Notes under the pieces: generated by a model
Databases searched by the model: none
Told to the model about the DNA's origin: nothing
What the model saw: the letters and a program-made list of their open reading frames with translations, nothing else
Program-made: the position numbers and the translations under genes
In this document: positions 52,130 to 60,879 of the stretch, one piece after another
Numbering within the stretch: the stretch's first letter is position 1
Layout: each line of letters starts with the position of its first letter
Assembly: GCA_001875345.1 (NCBI GenBank)
Contig: MIZA01000001.1
Location: 71,513-135,512, forward strand
Direction of reading: 5' to 3'
DNA length: 64,000 nucleotides
DNA from: Marine Group III euryarchaeote CG-Epi1
GTDB lineage: Archaea; Thermoplasmatota; Poseidoniia; MGIII; CG-Epi1

Positions 52130-53191
52130 TTAATCAAAAAAAGCTTTTATTGAGGAAATTACTTCAAAAACATCTGAATCTGAAAGGGCTGGATGTACTG
52201 GTAAACTCAACACTTCTTTAACCAAAATTTCCGCATTAGGGCAACTTGATTGGTACTCTTTCATGGAAGGGTAGGTATACAGTAAGCTAGGATAATATAT
52301 TCCAGTATTTATCTTTCTTTCCAATAAAAATTCTCTTAATTCATCCCTCTTATCAGAACGAATAGTATATTGATGAAAAACATGTCCTCTCCTATTTTTT
52401 GGAGTAATCACTAAGTCTGAAAGTTCAGAATTATATCTTTCAGCTATTTCTCTGCGTCTAGCATTAAAATTTGGTAACTTTTTAAGTTGCTCACGTCCAA
52501 TTGCTGCTGAAATATCAGTCATACGATAATTATATCCAAACTCAGTATGCTGATATTGTGCAGACATACCGTGCGCACGAATTATTTTACATTTATTAGC
52601 AAAATCTTCATCATTTGTTGTTATGATTCCACCTTCTGAGGTAGTCATATTTTTTGTTGGATAAAAACTAAACCAACCGGCTTTTCCAAAGCTGCCGGCA
52701 TTTCCATCCCAAGAATTTGCACAATGAGCCTGAGCTGAATCTTCAATTAAAAGCAAATTATTTCTTTTAGTAATTTCCATAAATGAGGGCATATCTGCCA
52801 ACTCTCCGTAAAGGTGAACTGGATGAATGGCTTTTGTTTTATCCGTAATTGCAGCTTCAACTTTACTAGGATCTAGACAAAAACCGTCTTCTTCAACATC
52901 TACAAAAACAGGTTTGGCCCCAGCCATTATGACTACTGAGGCTGTGGCAAAAAAAGTAAAAGGAGTTGTGATTACTTCATCACCAGGCCCTATGCCGCTT
53001 GCTAACATTACTAGATGGCCAGCTGTTGTTCCGTTACACGCTGCTACTGCATATTTGACTCCACAAAGCTTTGCAAATTCTTTTTCAAATTTAGCTACTT
53101 CCGGACCTTGTGCAATAATGCCTGAACGTAAAACTCTATCCACTGCCTCTCTCTCTTCTTTACCTATCTGTGGACTAGCTATCTGAATCAT
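52130..53191 (-). CDS. DegT/DnrJ/EryC1/StrS-family sugar aminotransferase
   Basis: NGTTA, PVHLYG, EDSAQAH, FSFYPTKNMTTSEGG, GYNYRM, LSLPVHP. Confidence 0.93.
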   Translation of the reverse strand: MIQIASPQIGKEEREAVDRVLRSGIIAQGPEVAKFEKEFAKLCGVKYAVAACNGTTAGHLVMLASGIGPGDEVITTPFTFFATASVVIMAGAKPVFVDVEEDGFCLDPSKVEAAITDKTKAIHPVHLYGELADMPSFMEITKRNNLLLIEDSAQAHCANSWDGNAGSFGKAGWFSFYPTKNMTTSEGGIITTNDEDFANKCKIIRAHGMSAQYQHTEFGYNYRMTDISAAIGREQLKKLPNFNARRREIAERYNSELSDLVITPKNRRGHVFHQYTIRSDKRDELREFLLERKINTGIYYPSLLYTYPSMKEYQSSCPNAEILVKEVLSLPVHPALSDSDVFEVISSIKAFFD

Positions 53192-53248
53192 ATCTTCTTA
53201 GTCACAAGTAGGTATTAAAAGCAAGACCCAATGAAGATATGAGATTAT

Positions 53249-53866
53249 ATGTTTGAAAATACAAATTGGAAAGCTGTAAGCGCCGAAATAATGGGAACTT
53301 TTTTCTTAGTTTTTTTCGGAGTTTCATCGTTAACAAATAATGCAGGCGTTGTAAGTGAAGGCGATGGAACATTACATATTTTAATTGGATTAACTACTCT
53401 TACTTTGACTCTTTTTGTTCTAGTACATATTCTTGGACCTGTCTCTGGATGTCATCTTAATCCAGTAATAACTATTCCAACGTATCTTTCAGATAAAATG
53501 GATAGAGATACTACTGTTGCTTACATTGGAGGTCAGATTATTGGTGCATGTCTTGGATTTTATTTGTTTGATTTAATTAATCCTGGAACAAGTAATTCTA
53601 TTCTAGATGGAGATTCAGCATTATTATTGGCTGCAATGGTAGGAACAACATTCTTTGTAACTTCTCTTTTAACTTCACAAGATCCTGGCTCAATAGCTGC
53701 AACGCTGTTCATTGTTTCAAGTACTGCATTTGGGGATGTTAATCCCGGTGTTTCACTAGGCAATATGATAGCTACTGATGTAGAATTCATGTTCTTTGGA
53801 ATTGTTGGGTCTTTAATTGGATGTATTGTTGGCTGGGGAATTAAAGAAAATATTATTGATCAGTAA
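53249..53866 (+). CDS. MIP/aquaporin-family channel with non-canonical NPA boxes
   Basis: AEIMGTFFLVFFG, GPVSGCHLNPVIT, YIGGQIIGA; second box VNPG. Confidence 0.85.
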   Translation: MFENTNWKAVSAEIMGTFFLVFFGVSSLTNNAGVVSEGDGTLHILIGLTTLTLTLFVLVHILGPVSGCHLNPVITIPTYLSDKMDRDTTVAYIGGQIIGACLGFYLFDLINPGTSNSILDGDSALLLAAMVGTTFFVTSLLTSQDPGSIAATLFIVSSTAFGDVNPGVSLGNMIATDVEFMFFGIVGSLIGCIVGWGIKENIIDQ

Positions 53867-54277
53867 TTACAGAAGCTGTGTGACTTCTTCTACTGAACGG
53901 AGTTCTTGGAAGTAAATTTGTTCAATAGAGTCGTACATTTCTTCATCATCTTTAATCAAAGCGAGAACTTGTTCATATCCTTCAGCAGCTTTTTGCTCCG
54001 TTTTTAGAGATTCTTCCAGCATTACCTTGTAATCTGTTGTGTGAACTATCTCTGTTGGATCTCTGTCCGTAACTGCAGTACCTCCGAGTTTAACAATTGC
54101 AGATCTAACCATTTCAGCATGAGTATGAGATTCAGTGGCTTCTTCATCAAAGAAAGGTTTGAGATGTAGTCTGTGAATTCCCTTAACATACGCGGAATAA
54201 TGCGAATAAAGGGCAGCTGCACGTAATTCCCAGCCTAGCCCACCGTTCAACTTTTCTATTAATTCAGTGCTTGACAT
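53867..54277 (-). CDS. Ferritin-like (bacterioferritin-like) protein
   Basis: ELRAAALY, EEATESHTHA..IVKLGG, EQKAAEGY four-helix-bundle pattern. Confidence 0.85.
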   Translation of the reverse strand: MSSTELIEKLNGGLGWELRAAALYSHYSAYVKGIHRLHLKPFFDEEATESHTHAEMVRSAIVKLGGTAVTDRDPTEIVHTTDYKVMLEESLKTEQKAAEGYEQVLALIKDDEEMYDSIEQIYFQELRSVEEVTQLL

Positions 54278-54336
54278 AGATTAACATTGATGGTTGGGAT
54301 AAAAAAACTTAGCCAATGCCCAAAAAGAATATTGCT

Positions 54337-54798
54337 TCACCGCGGTTGAACTGGTAAAATGGCAGTTCGCGTCATAATTATCTTTTGCTTGATATTATCA
54401 TCAAGACTAATATCAATATCCTTAGCTAAAGTAGAAAAATCATAATTTTTAATTGAAATAACTGAATCATCTTCGGAAATAATTTCTGATAAATCTGGAG
54501 AAGGCTCGCCAAAATAGACCCACCCTACAGCTTTTGTATCTTTATTAATTCCGGCCAATTTTAATGCTTTTGATATTTGCCTGAGTGAAGTTAAGTATAG
54601 TAAAACTTCTGTAGATTTATCTTTTGATAGATTAAAACCATTATCGTGAGATGATAGAGAAAGAGTTGCAGCTTGATACAAATGTTCAATTCCGCAAACA
54701 CTTTTTGAGTCTACAATGGTTAAATTTGAAGTTACAAAAGATAAAATTTTATCCAAATCATTCGTTCTCAAATTACCGCAGCCTACAGTTAATTTCAC
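54337..54798 (-). CDS. cgi121: KEOPS complex subunit Cgi121
   Basis: VCGIEHL..A, NLSK...EVLLY....RQISKAL..AG. Confidence 0.85.
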   Translation of the reverse strand: MKLTVGCGNLRTNDLDKILSFVTSNLTIVDSKSVCGIEHLYQAATLSLSSHDNGFNLSKDKSTEVLLYLTSLRQISKALKLAGINKDTKAVGWVYFGEPSPDLSEIISEDDSVISIKNYDFSTLAKDIDISLDDNIKQKIIMTRTAILPVQPR

Positions 54799-54860
54799 AA
54801 AATCTAATCGACAGAGGAGATTATATAATAGGTAGCGCGGTCTGAAACATAGAGTTTAGT

Positions 54861-55565
54861 ATGAGCGCTGAGTTAGAAGAACAAATTGCACAGCTTGAAA
54901 ACAGCTTGGGTCAAGAACAACAGAGACTTGAAAAGTTATGGGATGCTTATGAACAACAGGAAAAAGATTTGAATGCATCTTTGGACAGAATTAATTACTT
55001 AGAATCTGATATTGAAACCAGGCAAACAATGATAACTTCTTTACAAGAATTACTTACTGAAAGAGATGCAAAGCTCCGCGACCTTGAAATTCAGAGACAA
55101 AGGCAAAGTAAAATTGCTGCCGAATATGAACCTAAGATTAAAGAAATGCAAGGAATAATAGAAGATCAAACCGAAAAATATGAACGATTATTATCCATTA
55201 CTCAGGAAATGGAAGATGAACTTGATTTAGCAAGACAATCTTTGCATGCAAGAGATGGTTGGTTTAACGCCAACATTAGTAGTTTAGAATCAGTTTCTGA
55301 AATTATTAAAGAATGGAGAAACATACAAGGTGGAAAATTCCCTGAAGTTAAGGAATCAAGTGGACCTGGTGGAGGAAAAAGTGCATTCGTTTCTTCTGTT
55401 GCAAAAATAAAAGGTTTAGGAGCTGTAAAAGCTGAAAATCTATATGATGCTGGATTCCATACTGTTAATGATTTGAAAAGTGCATCTACAGAAGATATTG
55501 CAAGTGTAGTTGGATTTACAAATCTAAGCGCAAGTAAAGTAGTAAAAGGCGCTAAAGAACTTTAG
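54861..55565 (+). CDS. Coiled-coil protein with C-terminal helix-hairpin-helix domain
   Basis: About 130-aa heptad-rich region, Gly/Ser linker, IKGLGAVKAENLYDAGF...IASVVGF. Confidence 0.8.
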   Translation: MSAELEEQIAQLENSLGQEQQRLEKLWDAYEQQEKDLNASLDRINYLESDIETRQTMITSLQELLTERDAKLRDLEIQRQRQSKIAAEYEPKIKEMQGIIEDQTEKYERLLSITQEMEDELDLARQSLHARDGWFNANISSLESVSEIIKEWRNIQGGKFPEVKESSGPGGGKSAFVSSVAKIKGLGAVKAENLYDAGFHTVNDLKSASTEDIASVVGFTNLSASKVVKGAKEL

Positions 55566-56098
55566 ATTAGTAGAAAATTAGTAATTATTTCCTGATTTCT
55601 TACCTCTGGATGAAAAGAGACTCCAAAAACATTAATCTTTTTGTGGGATATCATTTGTATTGTATTTTCACTTTTAGCTAGAACATTGAAAGAAGTGACT
55701 TCATCTACCGAAAAATTATGCATATTATATGCCTGAAAATTTCCACTTGCTAAGGGATTCTTAATCTGTGTCTCAACATTTATCATGCCTATTTCTTCTT
55801 GAACTATAATTTCCTCATCAAACATGCTGCATATTATTTGAAAGCCTGAACATATCCCCAATATCTCTTTTCCGTGATTTTTTAATCTATTAAAATCGAA
55901 TAAATAATTCAAATAATCATTATCTTGAAGAGAGGTTCCACAAATTATTACCTTATCATATATTTGAAAATCCAAAGTTTCTAAGTTTCTGTAGTTAATA
56001 ATATCATAATCAAAAGATTTAATTATTTCAATAATTGGCTTAACAAATTCATATTCACTCAATTTCTCTTTGCAAGTTGATATTAACAATATTTTCAT
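55562..56098 (-). CDS. Class I glutamine amidotransferase (stand-alone)
   Basis: Nucleophile elbow ILGICSGFQ and FHPE give an intact Cys-His-Glu triad. Confidence 0.85.
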   Translation of the reverse strand: MKILLISTCKEKLSEYEFVKPIIEIIKSFDYDIINYRNLETLDFQIYDKVIICGTSLQDNDYLNYLFDFNRLKNHGKEILGICSGFQIICSMFDEEIIVQEEIGMINVETQIKNPLASGNFQAYNMHNFSVDEVTSFNVLAKSENTIQMISHKKINVFGVSFHPEVRNQEIITNFLLI

Positions 56099-56769
56099 TT
56101 GAGTTTAGCCTCTTTTATTTCTAGACGACCTGAAAAATTAGAATAGTGAATTTTTGAAGATAGTACCTCTAACTTTTTTGAAAACATAGGTGCATTAATT
56201 ACTAAAGATTCAAATTCTCCTCCTTCACCAGCAGGATTAATTCTATACTTTTTTGAATATAATAATAACTCATTAATTGTAGAAGAATCAATCTCTTTTC
56301 CCAACCAGGATTCATCAAATGGTTCCGCTGCGATTCCTGTAATAATTGAACTAATATTGTAAGTTTTAAGTTTCTCTAATAATTTTTCTTGAGATAATTG
56401 CCATATTGGATTGAAGCACCATAAATCCAATCTATTGCAAATCTTTTGTATTCTCGTTGATTGGTATGTTGATGCTAATGCTCCTGTAACTATTCCTTCA
56501 ATTGAGTATTCTTTTTTTGCCTTTTTGATTAAAGTAATTAAATCGTCTAATTCATCGTCTTGAATCCCTTCAGTTTCTTGAATAACTTGTGGAATACCCA
56601 GAGATTCTGCTTGTAATTTTGTCCATGTAATTGCTGGAGTGTGAAACATCCAGCTGTCTTGGTTTGAAGAGTTAATTGTTAGCAAACATGATATTTCGTG
56701 GTCTTCTGAAGCTAAATGCATTGCAAGATATGAATCCTTGCCGCCTGAGAATAATATTCCTAATTTCAT
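56095..56769 (-). CDS. dph6: Diphthine--ammonia ligase (Dph6/MJ0570 PP-loop ATPase)
   Basis: FSGGKDS, DSWMFH, GALASTYQ, PIW, GEGGEFES. Confidence 0.88.
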   Translation of the reverse strand: MKLGILFSGGKDSYLAMHLASEDHEISCLLTINSSNQDSWMFHTPAITWTKLQAESLGIPQVIQETEGIQDDELDDLITLIKKAKKEYSIEGIVTGALASTYQSTRIQKICNRLDLWCFNPIWQLSQEKLLEKLKTYNISSIITGIAAEPFDESWLGKEIDSSTINELLLYSKKYRINPAGEGGEFESLVINAPMFSKKLEVLSSKIHYSNFSGRLEIKEAKLK

Positions 56770-57356
56770 CGACGTTTCCGCTTAGCTATCAAGTATACTT
56801 CGCTAGATTGTTTACGTGATGCTTCAGGCGATAATGTTCTTACAGAACCAAATTCATCAATTACTGCCTTTCTGTATTCTTGGAAATCTGCACCTTCAAA
56901 AACCTTGACAACAAATGCTGAAGCTTTCCTTTCGGCCGCAATCTCTAACGCTAATGATGATAATTCAACCGAACGCGCTTGATCTACCGAATAATTTCCT
57001 GATAAATTAGGGCTCATATCTGATATCACTACATCTGCCTTGGGCATCAATTCCTGTAATTGCTCTCTTGTCTCCGACTCACGTAAATCTCCCTGGATGA
57101 AAATAGCACCAGCCAACGGCAATATATGTTGTAAATCCACTCCAACAAGTTTGCCTTCTTCTCCTATAAATTCTAATGCAACCTGTGACCAGCCACCAGG
57201 TGCGGCTCCTAAATCTAAAACTTTATCCCCATTCTTAAAAATCTTACTTCTCTTTTGTATATCTTTCAACTTATAAGTTGATCTTGCCCTATAGCCCTCA
57301 CGACGAGCTTTCCGTTGAAAAGCGTCACTCCGGCCCTGACGGCCTTGTCCTGGCAT
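56766..57356 (-). CDS. rlmE: 23S rRNA Um2552 methyltransferase RlmE/FtsJ
   Basis: GYRARSTYKL, DLGAAPGGW, SDMSPN, KVF, ASRKQSSEVY. Confidence 0.95.
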   Translation of the reverse strand: MPGQGRQGRSDAFQRKARREGYRARSTYKLKDIQKRSKIFKNGDKVLDLGAAPGGWSQVALEFIGEEGKLVGVDLQHILPLAGAIFIQGDLRESETREQLQELMPKADVVISDMSPNLSGNYSVDQARSVELSSLALEIAAERKASAFVVKVFEGADFQEYRKAVIDEFGSVRTLSPEASRKQSSEVYLIAKRKRR

Positions 57357-58412
57357 TTATTTTCCGCCAGCCTTTTTGTAAGCCCATTCTGCAGCTTGAC
57401 AAATATTTCTATCTGCACCAGTAGTTGTTCTGTTCTTAATAATTGGTAAATGGGGCTTGACCAAAGTAGGCTTGTTTGATCCAATGTAGCCTAAAGCTTT
57501 GACAACTTCAGTATGTACATACCAATCATCATTTTTCAGTACTTTAGCTAATTTAGGAACTGCATGGAAAACAACCATTGCATCTTTACTACCTATTCTT
57601 CCTACTGCCTTAGCTGCCGCTTTACGTAATTCAGAAGATTTACTTTCGATTCCTTTAATCAATCCTGGAACTGCACCCTTGACTGAATGGGGATCTGCTA
57701 ATCCCAACATTCCTAGACAATCTGCAGCTCTTTCCTTCAGCTTTTCACCTGAATTAAAAGCCGAAACTACCTCTGGAGCCAAAGCTACTGATGGCTTTGG
57801 ATATTTTTTAGCAAACTCTGTTAGAAGCACGATTGAATGGTAAACTACCCTCCAATCGTCATCTCGAAGTGCTTGTTTCAAAGCTGGAAGTGCTGCTTTA
57901 GGAATCGTATTCATAATCTTTGATAATGACTCCTGAGTTTGGTATCTCACATCTTTATCATCATCACTAAGCATTTCAAATAAATCTGCTATGGTATCAC
58001 TATTCTTTGCTTTGGATTTTAATGAAAAAGTTGTCCAAATATCTATTACTCTTGAACGAACTGACGGATAAGGGCTATCTAAAGCGGATTGCATGCCTTC
58101 AAAAATCTCTTTTGCTCTTTTGGGCCTTACTTTTCTCAGTTCCATCAACCCTTCTATCAAGGCTTCTTGTGGAGATTCCATTTGATCTGGTAAAACTCGA
58201 AGAAATGAATCTATAATGGGGTCAAGCCATTTCTCTTCAGTCTGTGCTTGAATAACTAGGGCCTTAATTGCAGCAGTTCTTTGAATCTCAGTACCTGCTG
58301 ACATTTCGGTAAGGTTTTTTTCTATTTTATTGTCCTGAGAACCTCCGGCAGCACCATCTGCCCACTGACCTACGGAATCCTTCAAATTCTGTAATCTGTC
58401 TCTGAAACCCAC
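57357..58412 (-). CDS. HEAT-repeat protein
   Basis: Repeated L.D.D..VR..A..AL units (LSDDDKDVRY, LRDDDWRVVY, LKNDDWYVH). Confidence 0.85.
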   Translation of the reverse strand: MGFRDRLQNLKDSVGQWADGAAGGSQDNKIEKNLTEMSAGTEIQRTAAIKALVIQAQTEEKWLDPIIDSFLRVLPDQMESPQEALIEGLMELRKVRPKRAKEIFEGMQSALDSPYPSVRSRVIDIWTTFSLKSKAKNSDTIADLFEMLSDDDKDVRYQTQESLSKIMNTIPKAALPALKQALRDDDWRVVYHSIVLLTEFAKKYPKPSVALAPEVVSAFNSGEKLKERAADCLGMLGLADPHSVKGAVPGLIKGIESKSSELRKAAAKAVGRIGSKDAMVVFHAVPKLAKVLKNDDWYVHTEVVKALGYIGSNKPTLVKPHLPIIKNRTTTGADRNICQAAEWAYKKAGGK

Positions 58413-58461
58413 ACTTAGCTTACGGGGATGATAGTAATAAACCTCACCTCAGTGTAGGACT

Positions 58462-59727
58462 ATGCCTAAGTTGGCCGAGAAATTTATTAGTGATAATGGC
58501 GCAAACATTTATGATAAAGTAAAGATTACAAATAAAGACCAAACTTTCGAAGGAATTATCATGCCAAGAAATAATTTTTCTGGAGAACATATTGTTGTCA
58601 TAAAACTCGATAATGGATATAATATTGGAGTCTCTACCGAAGATGCTGAAATGAATGTTATTGAGAAAGCAAAAGAAAAACCAAAGAAAGAACTTAAAAA
58701 CAAAAAAAATAAAAATCTAAAAGATATCACCATATTAGGAACTGGTGGAACTATTGCCTCATTTGTAGATTACAAAACTGGTGCCGTAAGTCCAGCGATT
58801 ACTGCTGAACAGCTTGTAAATTCGGTCAGTTCATTAAAAGAAATAGCTAATATTGAAGCTGAACCTCTATTATCTTTAGCATCTGAAGACATGGAGCCAA
58901 AGCATTGGGAACAAATGGCTGTAAAAGTAGAAGAAATACATTCAAAGAAAGACCATGGAATAATAGTGGGTCATGGGACTGACACTATGGGATATTCTGC
59001 CGCTGCTCTTTCATTCCAATTACCTGAATTGTCTAATCCAGTTATCTTCACAGGATCTCAAAGAAGCCCTGATAGACCTTCAAGTGACGCACATCTAAAT
59101 TTGGAAGGGGCTGCAAAAGCTGCTATGACAGACTTAGGAGAAGTATCCATAGCTATGCATGAAACAACAGATGACGTGGGCGTAGCTATCTGGCGAGGAA
59201 CTCGAACTAGGAAAAATCATTCATCAAAAAGAAATGCTTTCACTTCATTGAACGATGAACCTATAGGAATTGTAAACGAAAAGATTGAATGGAAAGGAAA
59301 ATACAAACCTATTTGTGATAAAACTACTATAAAACCGGGATTTGACGAGAATATAGCTATGGTTTGGGCACATCCTGGATTTAAAGCTGAGGATTGGGAA
59401 AACACAATTACTTCAAAAAAAGGAGTCGTGATTGCTGGAACTGGACTGGGACACATAAATTCAAACTTACTAGATTCAATAGGTAAAACGGCAAAGGATA
59501 TCCCTGTTGCAATGTCTACACAATGTTTAGCTGGAACTACCAATCTTAATGTTTACAGAAACGGAAGAGAATTAATAGAAAAAGGGGTTGTGGAAACTCA
59601 CGATACATTACCTGAAACTTCACTAGTAAAAATGATGTGGCTGACAAAACATGAGCCAAATAAAGTCGGTGAGTTAATGGGCGTAAACCTTGTTGGTGAA
59701 CTGTCGAATTCAAGAAAATTAATTTGA
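58462..59727 (+). CDS. gatD: Glutamyl-tRNA(Gln) amidotransferase subunit D
   Basis: KLDNGYNIG, GTGGTIAS, HGTDTM, GSQRSPDRPSSDA, GTGLGH. Confidence 0.95.
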   Translation: MPKLAEKFISDNGANIYDKVKITNKDQTFEGIIMPRNNFSGEHIVVIKLDNGYNIGVSTEDAEMNVIEKAKEKPKKELKNKKNKNLKDITILGTGGTIASFVDYKTGAVSPAITAEQLVNSVSSLKEIANIEAEPLLSLASEDMEPKHWEQMAVKVEEIHSKKDHGIIVGHGTDTMGYSAAALSFQLPELSNPVIFTGSQRSPDRPSSDAHLNLEGAAKAAMTDLGEVSIAMHETTDDVGVAIWRGTRTRKNHSSKRNAFTSLNDEPIGIVNEKIEWKGKYKPICDKTTIKPGFDENIAMVWAHPGFKAEDWENTITSKKGVVIAGTGLGHINSNLLDSIGKTAKDIPVAMSTQCLAGTTNLNVYRNGRELIEKGVVETHDTLPETSLVKMMWLTKHEPNKVGELMGVNLVGELSNSRKLI

Positions 59728-59763
59728 GAAAAGCTCTTTAGACTACTGCTCAATTGTGTTAAT

Positions 59764-60879
59764 ATGATTCATTCACAATTTGAAAAATTAGCTGATTTGC
59801 TAATCAACCATTCTTGCACATTAGGCAAAGGTGAAAAAGTATTGATTGAAGCTTTTGATATTCCTCAAGAAATGGTAATCGCTACCATTAGAGCTGCACG
59901 TAAAGTTGGAGGAATCCCCTTTGTTACTTGGAAAAATAACTTGATTCTAAAAGAACTAATCTCTGACACTACACAAGAACATATGGGATTAATGGGTGAT
60001 GTAGAAAAGTTTAGAATGAAGGAGATGGATGCATATATTGGACTTAGAGGAAGTCTCAATATTTCTGAAATGTCTGATATTGAATCCGGAAAAATGGCCA
60101 TTTATCAATCTGAACTTCTACAAAAAGTTCATTTCAAAGAGCGTGTTGCAAACACAAAATGGGTTGTTTTGCGATGGCCGACACCATCTATGGCACAACA
60201 AGCTAATATGTCTACAGAAGCTTTTGAAAAATTCTACTTCGACGTCTGTTGCTTAGATTACAAGAGGATGGATGAGGCAATGAAGCCATTAGAAAAATTG
60301 ATGACTGAAGCTGATAAAGTTCATATTAAAGGACCAGGAACAGATCTGAGATTTTCAATTAAAAACATTCCGGCAATAAGATGTGCCGGCGAACGAAATA
60401 TTCCTGATGGCGAATGCTTTACAGCTCCAGTAAAAGATTCTGTAGAAGGACACATCCAATTTAATGCCGAAACATTGTATCATGGAACAGTTTTCAATGA
60501 TATAAGATTAGAATTTGAAAAAGGTAAGGTTGTTAAAGCAACTGGAAGTGATGAAGAAAAATTAAACTCAATTCTAGACACTGATGAAGGAGGTAGATTC
60601 ATTGGAGAGTTTGCAATTGCCTTTAACCCATACATAACAGAACCAATGAGAGATATTTTGTTTGATGAAAAAATAGCTGGTAGTTTCCACTTTACACCAG
60701 GAAACGCCTACGATATTGCAGATAATGGAAATAGATCGGACATACACTGGGACATGGTACTAATTCAACGCCCAGATTACGGCGGCGGTGAAATCTGGTT
60801 TGATGATGTTTTAATTCGGAAAGATGGAATGTTTGTTATTCCTGAACTAAAAGGATTAAATCCCGAAAATCTAGTATAA
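59764..60879 (+). CDS. M29-family aminopeptidase (AmpS/AmpT-like)
   Basis: [33 protein letters not shown]. Confidence 0.93.
   Translation: MIHSQFEKLADLLINHSCTLGKGEKVLIEAFDIPQEMVIATIRAARKVGGIPFVTWKNNLILKELISDTTQEHMGLMGDVEKFRMKEMDAYIGLRGSLNISEMSDIESGKMAIYQSELLQKVHFKERVANTKWVVLRWPTPSMAQQANMSTEAFEKFYFDVCCLDYKRMDEAMKPLEKLMTEADKVHIKGPGTDLRFSIKNIPAIRCAGERNIPDGECFTAPVKDSVEGHIQFNAETLYHGTVFNDIRLEFEKGKVVKATGSDEEKLNSILDTDEGGRFIGEFAIAFNPYITEPMRDILFDEKIAGSFHFTPGNAYDIADNGNRSDIHWDMVLIQRPDYGGGEIWFDDVLIRKDGMFVIPELKGLNPENLV

Noticed and set aside
53867-54277. Encapsulin cargo system
   Set aside because: No encapsulin shell gene nearby and no evident C-terminal targeting peptide.
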